From Octopus vulgaris (taxonomy: Eukaryota): DNA of 64,000 nucleotides. The position numbers were made by a program, and so were the translations under genes. The stretch spans positions 9,548,001 to 9,612,000 of the forward strand of contig OX597831.1 of the NCBI GenBank assembly GCA_951406725.2. Direction: 5' to 3'. Below are positions 26,880 to 40,873 of this stretch, one piece after another; position 1 is the stretch's first letter; every line of letters begins with the position of its first letter. The notes under the pieces are model-generated. The model was given only the letters and a program-made list of their open reading frames with translations, had not been told where the DNA came from and did no database searches.

Positions 26880-27760
26880 CAGGGTGCGGTGAATAAACTG
26901 TCATCTAAATTGCGCAAAAATTAAAATAACACTGACGTCTGATTTTAACAGATATATTTACCAAAATTACATTAAAATATCTTGAAACACGAAAGAATAA
27001 ATTTAATTAATAAGATCGTTATTGGCTACAATGACGGCGTCCACACGACTTCGGAATCTCCTGCAACTCTTCTGGGTGGTATCCTTGCTTAAGTTGGTAG
27101 ATGCTGCCATAATCCTTGCCTTCAATCCATCTTTGTTATTGCAAGGAGTTTTGTTGGTCTTTCGCTCAACTACGCTCCAAACATAATAATCAAGGGGGTT
27201 GCAAGTCTGAGGAGTTAGGTGGGCAGACGTCAGGGGTGATGTGGTCGCAGTTATTTTCTGACAGCTATGACTGGGGTATTCTGCTTGTGTGGCATGGGGC
27301 AAAGTCCTGTTGCCAGACACAGGGTCTTCCAGCAGCCACGTTTTTGACTCAGGGCAGCACTACATCCACCAGACACATGATGCAGGCCACTGTGTTGGCT
27401 TTGAGGCTGTGTGGGAAGATGAATGCATGTATAACGTCGCCCTCACTCCAAACACCATGATGTTGACTGAATGTTTGATTTTTATCACACTCGATACAGT
27501 ATTTGGGAACAATTTGTCCTCTCTGATTGACACACAAGCACTCTGAAATGTTCGTATTGGAACTTCCAGCGCAAACGCCAAACAGTATAGCATGTTGTCT
27601 CCAAGTTTCTGGCAGAGTGAATTGCGTCATGGTGCTGTTTTTCTCACAGACGGTGCCCAACTAGCCCTACTGTACGGTGTTTTCGACAAAATCAAAGACA
27701 AACCACACGCAAGCGCAAAATTAGAAATATAAGATAGTAATAATTTACCCTTCGTCACTG
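26880..27760 (-). mobile_element. Internally deleted Tc1/mariner-superfamily transposon, DD37D (maT/mori) type
   Basis: TA-flanked CAG...CTG ends; reconstructed WQQDFAPCHTSR...PPNSSDCNPLDYYVW has 37 residues between the 2nd and 3rd Asp (one stop, one frameshift); C-terminal CRRFRSRVDAVIVAN. Confidence 0.88.
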
Positions 27761-28303
27761 TATATATAAAAATATATATGTATGCGTATAGATATATACA
27801 TATATGTGTATTCATATGTGTATAGATATATACGTATATATACATATATATAAATATATGTATATATGTATATATGTGTGTGTATGTATGGTTACTGATG
27901 CAAAAAGTAGCCGACCACATACTCTTACTTAAGAAAACGTATGTCATACAATATAACATGGTTCATCATTGACCTTTTCACATGCCTGGGTCAAATTGCT
28001 CCATGTTGATTACACTTGATAAAAACTATAGAAATACCATCACATAACCCTAAACAATTCATCAACAAACAACATGAATCGTTTTCCTCATATGTTCATA
28101 AATCCTTTAAGACCTTTCCATTCTATGGCTAATCGAAATCCACTCAGGTGATTTATTCAGCATAATTATTTTTACATCTTAATTTCACTTAAACTTAGTT
28201 CAGATAATGTATCAATTTATTTGGCGTATTTTAATTGAATTATTATAGTTACCGTATCTCATTTTATTTTAGTTTTTCTCTTTTAACTCGTCATACACTG
28301 CTT

Positions 28304-28690
28304 GGTGGAGGCGCAATGGCCCAGTGGTTAGGGCAGCGGACTCGCGGTCGTAGGATCGCGGTTTCGATTCCCAGACCGGGCGTTGTGAGTGTTTATTGAG
28401 CGAAAACACCTAAAGCTCCACGAGGCTCCAGCAGGGATGGTGGTGATCCCTGCTGTACTCTTTCACCACAACTTTCTCTCACTCTTACTTCCTGTTTCTG
28501 TTTTACCTGTATTTCAAAGGGCCGGCCTTGTCACTCTCTGTGTCACGCTGAATATCCCCGAGAACTACATTAAGGGTACACGTGTCTGTGGAGTGCTCAG
28601 CCACTTACACGTTAATTTCACGAGCAGGCTGTTCCGTTGATCGGATCAACCGGAACACTCGTCGTCGTAACCGACGGAGTGCTTCCATCC
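28304..28690 (+). mobile_element. tRNA-Arg(TCG)-like SINE, family C, tail type 2, full-length
   Basis: A-box TGGCCCAGTGG, B-box GTTTCGATTCCC; perfect 9-bp TSD ACACTGCTT (28295-28303, 28691-28699). Confidence 0.92.
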
Positions 28691-29629
28691 ACACTGCTTA
28701 ATTCCGATAGCGACCATTTATTATATTTTCACTTTACACGTAGCTTATAGTCTATATATTACATATTTAAATTAAATATTAATTAAATGAAATTAATATG
28801 TTTGATTTATTAATTTACTTATTTTATTTGTCTGTATTTCATTTTATTTTAGTTCCGGTTAATGTAGCTTAATCTGTAATACTTCATTCTAGTTGAATCA
28901 CGTGATAACTTTTTATTCACACTACTTTCATAGCTGCAACCATTTACAACCAGGTTGAAGTTAACTGTTCTCATTTACCTCTCTACACAGGCATAAGCAA
29001 TGTTTTTCACATCGACATTTCAAAGAGAAACCACAACCCACTCTGTCTATCCCAGCAGGATAAGTTTTCTTTTTCTGTGAACGTAAACATTAAATATATC
29101 CATCTTATGAGCTCCACACATAGAAGACACATGCTCACGTGATGAACTTTCTCACTACTCAAACATACAAACATGACACATACCCGGGATATCACATAAT
29201 ATAAACAAACACAATTCAGTACAATAATTTCGTAAAGATAAAGCCAAGGGAGATAATCACCCAAAAGTTGTCCCATAATTGACGTGCCCCTTGATTTTTT
29301 GATTTTGCTAACTAATTTTTCTCGCGAGACCTTAACTGAATTCTCGTGGTTTCTCGTGTTTTAATCCAAAATGCAAACGAACACCTATCTCTCCATGTGA
29401 TCGCCTTCAAAACCTGTTAAGATATTTTCTTAACATGAAAAAAATGGTAGCTTCAACACACAAATAAAGAATCCACCAATACTGGCTTCAGCACTGATTC
29501 GATAATTACGTAGACATACGCGCATCTCTCTCTCTGTATATATATATATCTACAACTGTTTCTTTATCTCTATCTATATACACTGCTGTAACTTTTGATA
29601 ATTTGACAAAGAAATAAATTACTAAGTAA

Positions 29630-30056
29630 GGTACGAGCGTGGATGATTACTTAAGAGTCTTCCATTACAACGACATTGGTTTGGGTAGAGCCCAAATGGG
29701 TAACAGAATGCGTAAGTTGCCCCGGACTGACCAACGCTTTCTCTGTGAATTTGTTAGATGGAAACTCTGGATGCCTGTCCTATGGAGATAGATGTGTGCG
29801 GATGACAGTGTGTGTTAGTGAGTGTGCGCGTGTGTGTGCGTGTGTGTGCGTGTGCGTGTTTGTATTTGTCCTCATCACTTCTTTACAAACGGTGCCGGTT
29901 TGTTTACGTCCCCATAACTAAGCGTTTCGCTAAAAGAGAAGGATAATATTGGAAATTTCATTGGAAATAATTACTGAGACCAATTTGTTCGACTAAATTC
30001 TACATGATGGTACCCCAGCATGGCCACAGTCTAATGACTGGAAGAGGTAAAAGATA
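29630..30056 (+). mobile_element. Degenerate SINE family B
   Basis: gtttacgtccccataactaagcg...ccagcatggccacagtctaatgactgga. Confidence 0.75.
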
Positions 30057-31464
30057 GGAGGTAAAATTCAGTGGAACTGACAAATTTCCAATAAAATCGG
30101 TGTTGGATATCAATGATTTCAACCCGATATCGACCCAGCACGGATTAAACCTCCCCATGGTTAAAATGGATGTAGAATGTATCAAGAATAGGCTAGAGTA
30201 TTTTCCATTTTCTCGTGTAACAAGGAATGCTCAATCTCGGCTCTATCTCACACGAGCCTATAGAGTCATACAAAAATTAATATTTGTTAGACATTGTACA
30301 ATGCTATTTAGTTAATACTGTAGAGGAAGACGGAAGCTCCATGCATATTAACATTTGTGATTTGGTTTTAATCCATGGTTGACGTTATTCATAGTCCCTA
30401 TGTCACTAATTCCCCCGGGAATTGCTCGAGTATCGCAATATCTGTTTTCTTCCTCTCTACAAAAATATAGGCCATCTGTGGCTAATTGAAGAGAAACAAT
30501 CAATCAACGAGCGCTTTTCAATGATATATGAAACAGATTTGCATCTTGTGTTTGTTAGAATGCAACAGGTTTTTATGAAGCACGTATTATCAACCAATCG
30601 AATTTCAGATTATAGTCTCCCAAACAGAGACCTACCAAATATGTTTACTGTTTTCATTATTTGAAGATTTACTTTGAGCTTTATTATCCCGCCAGCAGCG
30701 CCGACGATGTATCCACGGGGTTTCTTAAACATCTCAATGCTGTGTTGTTTAGAAAAGAGCAAAGCTATCAATACTTCACGACCAATTATCTATATGGATG
30801 CGTTTTTTTGTTTCTTTTTCGAGAATATATGTTTCGTGTCTCTCTCTCTTTCCTCTTTTCCCTTTTCTCTTTTTCCTTTCTTTTCATTTATCGTTCCTGC
30901 ATTGCTTCCTTCTGCATATTTAATCCTCTCACAGGATGGATATCTGTCCTTAATTCATGCTTATTTTTTCTCTTTTGTTTGCTACAGGGAATCAATATTG
31001 TCAGGAATGATACCATGAGACCAGATTTTCCTAAGCAAATAATTGTTGAGATAAAATAAGATATAATGCTTTACATGTGTACAAAGGACGGTCCATGTCA
31101 TATAAATGATCCAGCGAATAATTGGAAACTATTTTTCTCAGTAGGAATAAAAAAAAAATTCTCAATCTCTTTCTGTTCTTTTTTCGCACATAATAAAAAA
31201 TGAAGGAAAAATAGTAAAAAAACAAAAAAAGATCTTCAGTAATCAGCTTCTGATTTGCAATCTTAAACTGAAATATAACATAGATAATATGTAAATGTAT
31301 GTTTAATTGTCAGACTGTTTAACTGTATGCGTTTGCATATGTGGGGGTGTATAACTGCATATCAATGAAATAATAGGTGTATTAGAATTTTATCTTTCTG
31401 GTTATTTACTTTTCAAGTATATAACGGGTAATATCAGAATAAAATATTTATATATGTATATATG

Positions 31465-31504
<40 letters not shown>

Positions 31505-31610
31505 CATGATTATGTATACGTTTACGTGTATGTGTATAAAGTGTATAAATTTATATACATACACACATATAAATATACATAAACACACTCATATGTATAC
31601 ATACATACAT

Positions 31611-31667
<57 letters not shown>

Positions 31668-32171
31668 ATATATATGCATATATATATATATATTTATATA
31701 TGTATATATATATATATATATATTTATTTATTTATATATTTACAAACATATTATTTACATCTATCTGCATAGATACACGCCTATAGACACACAGTAACAC
31801 ACAACGTAATAGACACATTTATATAAGTATACAAGACAATTTTTTCCTCATCCTGACTACGCACCGCTGGTTCAGAGCCGGACTGATGCCAAAACAATTC
31901 GTCTATCAAATACAAGTTACAAACATGGCTATGCTGATGACGTCGATTCATAAGAAACACGAGTCGCATTTCTTCAGACAACATACTTCTCTTTAATTCC
32001 TGATATCTGAGATAATCCCACTTGGTGCTAATCGCCACTAAGACGTTAGTCTACCCTGTCTGAAATCTTTTATTTTAACTGATCAAGTATTTTAGTTAAT
32101 CAAGAATTTCTCTTAAGTTCAGAAGCACTTACACCTCTTTGTTTCTAAACTCCTTGCCCCTAGGCGTTCTT

Positions 32172-32498
32172 GTGAAGGCACGTGGTTTAGTGTTTAGGGC
32201 AGGCTGCTCATGGTCGCATGGTCGAGAGTTCGATTCCTCGTAGTGTGTTGTGTCCTTGAGCAAGACACTTTATTTCATGTTGCTCCAGTCCACTCAGCTG
32301 GCAAACATGAATTAAAAATTGTATCTCAAAGGGCCAAACCTGTCGCATGCTATGTCACGCTCAATCTCCTAAAAACTCTACATCAATGAGACGCGTGTCT
32401 GTGGAGACCTCAGCCACTTGCACGTTAATTCTACGACTACGCTTTCCCGCTGAACAGATCAACTGGAACATTTGCCGTCGACACTGATGCAATGCCAA
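32172..32498 (+). mobile_element. Older tRNA SINE sharing the type 2 tail but with a different central domain
   Basis: 3' half (caaagggcc...gtgtctgtggag...cagccacttgcacgttaatt) matches 28510-28680; centre is GTGTCCTTGAGCAAGACACTT. Confidence 0.8.
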
Positions 32499-32754
32499 TG
32501 AGTTTTAACTGTTCTCAATTATTTCAATTTCTTCATTTACGTTCTCTCTTTCTCCCTCTCTGTCCCTATCTCCCTCCCTCCTTCCCTCCCTCCATCACTG
32601 TCTCTTTCCCTCATTCACTCTCTCTCTCTGTGCATTTATGCATGTATATATATATATATATCGCCATGTATATATGCATGTATATATATATATATATATA
32701 TGCATGTATATGCATGTATATATATGCATGTATATATATATATATATATATATA

Positions 32755-32995
32755 TCGCCATGTTGATTCGCTAGCTTTTGCACGCATATTTTTTTCTCTC
32801 CTTCTTTCTGTGTTTTTTTTCTCTGTGTATCTTTCTGTTGAAGAGCGTAGGCTCGAAACGTTAAAGACTTGTTTCATTTATATTTCCTGAGCGCCATACT
32901 AATACAATTGTTTGTTTGTATTCCACCTGCCTTCGTCTTTTGTTTATTTCCGTAAACCTGCCTTCGTCTTTTGTCTATTTTCATAAAACTTACCG
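32755..32995 (+). mobile_element. Short hammerhead-bearing PLE-type repeat, family H1, copy 2
   Basis: Best-preserved copy; (TA)n on both sides; 3' segment acctgccttcgtcttttgt is duplicated. Confidence 0.82.
32830..32867 (+). ncRNA. Minimal type I hammerhead-like fold with variant core CUGUUGA
   Basis: Stem I TCTTT/AAAGA, CTGTTGA plus extra A, stem II GAGC-gtag-GCTC, GAAA, palindromic stem III ACGT, site GUU (GUA in the other copies). Confidence 0.7.
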
Positions 32996-33034
<39 letters not shown>

Positions 33035-33251
33035 TACATACATACATACATACCTACCTGCATATAACTGTATATATATTTACACACACACATTGTGAAG
33101 CGATGGAGGAAACAAAACACAACGATACACATATTTATATATATATACATGCTTATACATACACACACAAACATGTAATTTCTTTATTTTTGAATTAAGG
33201 CTGCCATTGGTTTCATGTTAAGAAATGTAAGACAATATCCGAGTGTCTTGA

Positions 33252-33334
<83 letters not shown>

Positions 33335-35519
33335 CACAAATACACACTCAGACGCCGTTTAGTCGGCTCTGGGATATTGTAGATGGTGCTTGTCCATAAT
33401 TGGAACCAAATAGGTGCAAAGCGATCTTCAAGAGACTAGGAATTATTCCCTATGCTCAACAGAATAAGATTTGAACCATTATACAGAGTTGATAAGCTGC
33501 ACGTCTAAAATTCGATTCGTTCATTATTCCTATGCTGGAATAAGTATTGTGCTAGTTTTTGATGTGGCCAACTCCTTTAACTTTCGTATAAAGTCCAATA
33601 TTATGTCGGAAAAATTAATTACTCGGAAAGTACCTCTGCAGTATCATACACATTTAACAATCTTGTTGCAAATTCCCAAGCGATCGAAGTGAATAAATCT
33701 AAATAAAGTACACAGTAAAGCGGACGAGTTTATCCTTAGTTTATAATACTAAATATAAATCCTGATTTAGTAAGCTTTGAAGAAGCAGCACTTTACTTTT
33801 GCATAGACAAGCTAAACTAACAATATTTTAGTCACATTAAATACAAAGCGTAGAATGAATATGAAACTTCAGGAAATATGAAGAATTACATAAGATATTT
33901 ATGTAAATATTTCTTTTCACCTTTTGTAGAAACTTTCGTTCTGTATATCGCAGTATAGCTTATGGCTGTTATATTTACGTTATCTCTGAATTTCAAATCA
34001 AATTTAAGTTTTTCAAATCGTATACAACTGGCATAAAACTATATGTATGCGAAATATTACTGTCCAAAAGGATGAATTTCAAACCATTAATATTTTTATT
34101 TTATTTTCCAATATAGAAATATTTGAATAACTAAAACAAACCGTTATTCGCTATAATTTCATGTCCAACTTCATATCTATATAACGTAGTTTAAAATTAG
34201 CGTTACCTCCATCGTCATCTACATAATTTGCGTCAAACTAAAAACGCCATCAGTGTTGCTCTACCGGATATAATTTGGGGATCTAAATATCTCTCATATG
34301 ACACTTTATGTACATATATAAAGATGGATTGCACAATAAAGCTATTGATATACAAACTGGATGGTCACAGCTGAGGCGTCTTTGCTCCTAGTTACGCTTC
34401 GTCCTAATTTCATGTTGTTTATACCAACAACGATAACAATTTACTCATGGCCTCCAATTTGTCATATTCTTCCTGAATTTCATTATTTTCATATTGATAG
34501 TCTTGATGGTATAATACCAAAACTTAGTCATGTGACCGTATTTAATCAAGTCATTGGAATCAATATTAGCCGTCTTCATAACATACTTGTTCCGTGATCA
34601 TGGCCCTTTGCTTATTTGGTAAGCTCTACTTGATCTTTTATTATGTAACATTTTTGCCATTTTACTTTTTGTTATCGAATGAACCTTCGATCTCGTATAA
34701 ATCTGAAGCATGTTTTGTTGTTGTGTGCTCAAGTAACGGGTATTGAACTAGTATCGAGGTGGTGTATATCTCAAATGAAAATCTCTTTGGAACTCAAACT
34801 CGTTTTGATTTCGTATAATTACGATTTCCACTACAAATAAATATTGCATGAAATCATGTGGGAATTTACTTGATGCTTGTAGCTGCATAACTAACCAAAA
34901 TTGATCTCACATCCTGCTACATATTTTTAACGGAAGCTACATATTCTTAATGGAAGCCAGTCCTGATCTCACATACAACTCTATCGGATCTTGACCTCGT
35001 ATGAATCGCTACATACACACGAATTTCTAGTTGCAGTTTATCTTCTAGTGAGGATGGTTATCTATCATTCCATATAACGGTAATCAAAATCGAATGATCT
35101 CTTATGAATCTCTACTTCATCATTTAAATCCCCAACTTCATTCGTAATTGCTCATGTATTTATAGTTAGTCATGTATTATATAATACACTTTCAATAAAA
35201 ATCTCCCATAACTATTGATGTTTGATTCCTGATATTCTTGTTCAAACGCGTTATTCTATTTGCTTTAAATTATATTCTGTTTGTATATTCCATATGCAAT
35301 TGAGAACTTTTAAAAGTTCTTTTTCGGCATTTAAAAAGAAAGAGTAATATTTAAAAATAATGTTGCAACGGTTAATATCTCTTTTGCTATGGAATATGTT
35401 TCCCGTAATTGCCAAAATGATAAATATATTTTTAATCCTGTACTTAGCTATCATATTCGTTTTGCTATTATTCACGATATGTATTGTTAACTTGATAATC
35501 TTAGCTTATATATATTTCA

Positions 35520-35591
35520 TCCCATGCGATCTAGTGGTAAGGATTCCTGGAATTCATCCAGGTGGCTCAGGTTTGATTCTCGACTTAGAGA
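35520..35591 (+). pseudogene. tRNA-Glu(TTC)-derived pseudogene
   Basis: TCCCATGCGATCTAGTGGTAAGGATTCCTGG-aaTTCat-CCAGGTGGCTCAGGTTTGATTCTCG follows eukaryotic tRNA-Glu; anticodon stem intact, acceptor stem and B-box damaged. Confidence 0.8.
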
Positions 35592-36368
35592 GATGATATT
35601 CTTGGTCAATTCATACTTAAAGTTCCAAAACATTTTAATAGCGGTGCTCTTGTATGTCCACGAACTCTGGCTGAAAGAAATGAAAGACAGAATATATTTA
35701 ATGGTGGTGGTGGTGGTGGTGGGGTGGGGTCGGCTAAAGTTCTTAAGATGCTGCCACAGCTAAAGCAATGCGATTTGCTTGTTTTAGGCATTCGTAACAT
35801 AAAGCATTTCGGGATACAATGTTGCAACACGTCATCCGATAAAGAGTCAGCAATTACAGTTAAAATTTTCAAAAAGAATAATAATTATTGACCATTCCTC
35901 ACTTAATATTTATTCTTAATTAAGAACTAAAATTCATGATGTCAAGTATGGCAATATACAATAACTTTAATAGCGAATTATTAGTTTTAATTTTATATTT
36001 GTGCTTTAATATTTTACTCGTAATCGTAACACATTATATACACGTTCAACCGAGGGTTGCTATTGTTGATTTAGAACTTCTCATTGCACTCCAACTTCTC
36101 ATAAATTTTCCTTCCTTTCTTTGACACTTGAACTCTGTTCAGTTCATAACAATTTTTATTTATTACATTCTTCATTTACAACGAATTTGGTTATCTCAAG
36201 TCAAACATTAAACTTTATGCAGCTATACTATAACAAAACATAGAACCAGGGAATACTATTAACTTTAAACACGCTGTTTCACAACTACATGTATATCTGT
36301 CTATCTGTCTCTCTCTCTCCCTCTCTCCCTCTCTCTCTCTATCTATCTATCTATCTATCTCTGATTAT

Positions 36369-36426
<58 letters not shown>

Positions 36427-36709
36427 TAACAATATAATAAATAAATAAAATATATGCATATATACATACATATATGTACATACTTACATCTATATGTATA
36501 TATACAAGCATATATATATATATATATATATGAGTATGGGACACAAGGAAATAAACATAGAACGCAACGAGAAACGAAAACATAAAATCAAACAAGGAAA
36601 CGGACTTTTTTTTAACAACGAAAGACAGAGTACAGGACAAACAATACAAGGAATATTCCCCTTCATCAGCTGCCCCTGTTTCGACTCAATGCGTGTTTCG
36701 AAGGTAAAC

Positions 36710-36915
36710 TTTTACTTTTTATCTTTTGGTTGTTTTAGTTCTTCGACTGCGGCCATGCTGGGGCATTGCCTTGGAAAGTTTCGATGAAACTAATCTTCCC
36801 CAGTACTTGTTTTCTTAAGCCTGTACTCACTTTAACGTACTCTTGCCGAACGGGAATGTAAACACCAGCAGCGGTGTTCAAGAGGTGGTGCGGCACGAAT
36901 GTTGATACACACACA
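36710..36915 (-). mobile_element. SINE family B 3' half
   Basis: gactgcggccatgctgggg...cccagtacttg...gccgaac...gtaaacaccagca. Confidence 0.75.
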
Positions 36916-36993
36916 CACACATACACATATAGGTATGCTTGTATACATATGCCAAATGTCTGATATTTTAAACACAAAATAGTTGTACTAAAT

Positions 36994-37230
36994 CAGTGGT
37001 TCCCCAAGCGGGCAGTATTTTCCCCCTGGGGGGCGACAATAGGATAGCGATTCATGTAAAAACAGCAAAATAATGGGTTCATTAGTTTAAGTTTTATTTG
37101 TGAAATACAGTTGCTTTGAATTTCATTCAGAAAGGGGTTTATGCTTGTAATTTTTATTAGCAGTGGGAGCGCTAAGAACGTGGTATGGGTGTCAAGGGAG
37201 TGGTAGCCCGAATAAGCTTGGGTACCACTA
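36994..37230. mobile_element. hAT (Charlie-like) MITE
   Basis: TIRs CAGTGGTTCCCCAA / TTGGGTACCACTA; perfect 8-bp TSD TACTAAAT (36986-36993, 37231-37238). Confidence 0.88.
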
Positions 37231-37441
37231 TACTAAATCGTTTCTCAGTCCCTTATTTCAACTTGTGCATAGCTTAATACTTTCAGCTGAATACATGCTA
37301 ATAGTTTCCAGGGGAACACTACGGCCAATCAATTTTAGACATTTGTGAATAAGCATAAGTATAAGCCCAAAAACATATAGTTTAAAACAGCTGCTGGTTT
37401 CACAAATGAAGTATATGTATACATATGAACATACACACACG

Positions 37442-37490
<49 letters not shown>

Positions 37491-37693
37491 AGTGTACCGT
37501 TCCATAATGGTAAGATCAGCAAAAATGTGTTCCACCTGGTGAGAGATAAATATGATTTAATAAACACTCTATTTTTATGAGCGGCAATTAGTTTCATGCG
37601 ATGAAAACCGTTCACACACCAGACGTCTTTAAAATGCTGTTTGAGCTGTTTCCGTCGCATGAAACTGATAGTTGCTCATACAAATATGGATTG

Positions 37694-37782
<89 letters not shown>

Positions 37783-37783
<1 letters not shown>

Positions 37784-38673
37784 GAGGTGGTATCAGCAAT
37801 GCAATTATGTTATGAGCCAACAGATGGTAGTACATGGTCGCGGGCGCAGTGTGACCTAGGAGTGACTTTCATGAAATAGTGTGCCGAGTGACATCACGGG
37901 GTTTACTTCGCAAGTTGTGAAAATTGTGGTTTGTGATCACGTGTACGCTGCAGCAGTCTTCGATTATTGTCATTGACAGGAAGTTGGAGCAAAGATCCTT
38001 TGTGAAATTTTGTGTTAAACTTGGGAAGTCTGCTACAGACACATTGACCATACCTCGGCAAGTTTACAACGACGAGGTAATGGATCGTACACAATATTTC
38101 GAGTGGCACAGGCGTATCAAAAGCTGGAGAATATCACTGGAAGACGTTGAGCGATCTAGAACATCTGCTACGAGCGCCACCCCCGGAAATGTGGCGAAAA
38201 TTCATCAGTTTTTGCTTGAGGAGGGGAAACAACGCCGTTTTGAAGTGTTTGAGAAAGAGCAATCGGCGATAGTGATCGAATCTGTGGAGCGAGAAGAGTT
38301 AGATTGTTCACGACGACAATGTACCGTGTAACCGAGCTCGCATCAGTCGTTGGTTTCTGCGAGAAACAACATGGTGTCGCTTCTACAGGGTCCCTATTCG
38401 CCAGATTCAGCACCTTCGGAGTTCCCTTTCTTCCCCGAGACGAAAATGTAGTTGAACGTCGCCATTTTAACGCGAAAGGGAATCGCAGAAGACGTCGAAT
38501 CGTTTACAGGAAACGAGTTCCAGGCAGGCCGGATTCCAAAAGTGACAGGAACGCTGCGACCGGTGTATTGCTGCGCAAGGTAACTGTTTGGAAGGAGATG
38601 ATGTTAAAACTTAAGCACATGTTTTACTTCTTTTTAAACATAACTAGTTCGGGTACTTTTTTAATATATGGTG
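37783..38673 (+). mobile_element. Internally deleted mariner transposon relic in (TA)n
   Basis: EQRSFVKFCVKLGKSATDT...FEWHRR...SLEDVERS (mariner HTH region), later HDDN and PYSPDSAPS motifs in shifted frames; TA-flanked decayed TIRs. Confidence 0.88.
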
Positions 38674-38745
38674 TATGTATATACATACACGACATATCCC
38701 TATATGTGGTGTATGTACATGTATGTATTTGTGAGTGTGTGTGTG

Positions 38746-38811
<66 letters not shown>

Positions 38812-38923
38812 CATAAATATACATATATATATGCATATATATATATATACATATATATATACACATATACACATATATATGTATACATATATACACATAT
38901 ACATATACATGTATATATATATC

Positions 38924-38961
<38 letters not shown>

Positions 38962-39486
38962 TAAAGAGATAGAGAGAGAAAGGCATAGAAAAAGTGACAT
39001 AGGCAGAAAGACAGAGAGAGAGAGAGGACGAGAGGAAAGAGAAAAGGAGTAAATGATTTGAACATTTCAATCTGTTTTAAGGTAACATACCAATTTTCAA
39101 CGTACGACTTATAAATACAGACTTCATAATCGCGGTACCAATATGTATCTTCTACCTATAATGTTGACTATAAATGTAAATAATTTCTAATAATTCCTGA
39201 TTTAAACACTACATAAGAATCGCAGAATACTTTGCTATTTTGTTAGTTAATTAAATTGAACACAGGTTATAATGAAGTTTTATTATTAAGACAGAGAGTT
39301 ACATAATGGAATGCACACACGTAAAATGGGACATACGTCATCATTTGTGTGTGCGTGTATATATGTATAACATATATATGTATAGATATATATATAATAT
39401 AAATATATATATATATATGTTTATATATATATATATAATATAAATATATGTTTATATATATTTATATATATATATAATTATATATA

Positions 39487-39582
<96 letters not shown>

Positions 39583-39859
39583 CATACTCACATACATGTA
39601 CGCATGAGCATACACGGGCATACATCTATACGTGAAGACAAACTTGATAATAACTCATAACTACAGTTTAATTGAACGAAGAAAATAAGTAAATATTTAC
39701 ATAGTCTACTTTCTTAAATCAATATTAAGTTAATATAGAGAAATTGGTTGTATTTGTATTAACAATTGAATTTGAACGCCTATTGTGACTATACACTGTT
39801 TTATGTATACATACCAACATACACATTCATGCATACATATATATGCATGCATACATACA

Positions 39860-39934
<75 letters not shown>

Positions 39935-40252
39935 GTAGATGTATACACACAGTATATTCATTTGTGTAATTTCTGAATACTGTTTCGAGAGAAGGAAAAA
40001 TGTGTGAAAACAGACTCACATATACACTCAGAAATATGCTTATATATACGTACACACACATATGTGCATACATATACAACATATATATATATATATATAC
40101 ACTTCTTTATGCGTGTGTGTGTGTAACAAGTATGTATGTATGTGTAGATAATATATATATATATATATATATGTGTATATCTATGTATATATATATATGT
40201 ATCGATATTTAGATATGTATATACCGATACACAGACACACAGACACACACAG

Positions 40253-40299
<47 letters not shown>

Positions 40300-40775
40300 C
40301 ATACATGCATACAAATATTATCAGTAATAATACCCTTGATTTAGTGCTAAAGTTTTTGCCAACTGAATATTCAAACGCAACATTTACATTATATTTTGTT
40401 ATCTTTAATTTTCTTTACACTATAATACTCAAATATATTTAAAATAAAGAAATTCAGGAATATATATTAGATATAATTGTACCATTCATATATTTTTCAT
40501 ATTTATGATTAGATTTATATTCTTTAAAACATTTTTATGATTTTTATTGATTTTTCATTAATTTATAATACATTTTTTACTCTTACACATATAATTTCGA
40601 TATATATGTATATATATATATATATATATAAATTGATAAGCTTGTTTAGCTTATAATTTATTTTAGATTCCAGCTAGTTCAGAAATAACACTTCTTCTAA
40701 ATTTCTTATTCTCTGTGTCTCTAGATACACACAAGCACTCGCACATGAAACAATCGCATAGGTATACATATACAT

Positions 40776-40809
<34 letters not shown>

Positions 40810-40820
40810 ATATCTATATC

Positions 40821-40873
<53 letters not shown>

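Noticed and set aside
36650-36707. Minus-strand GAAAC...GTC...CTGATGAAGGGG in type II hammerhead order
   Set aside because: Stem I cannot form; probably a PLE-like terminal fragment, but the fold is unsupported
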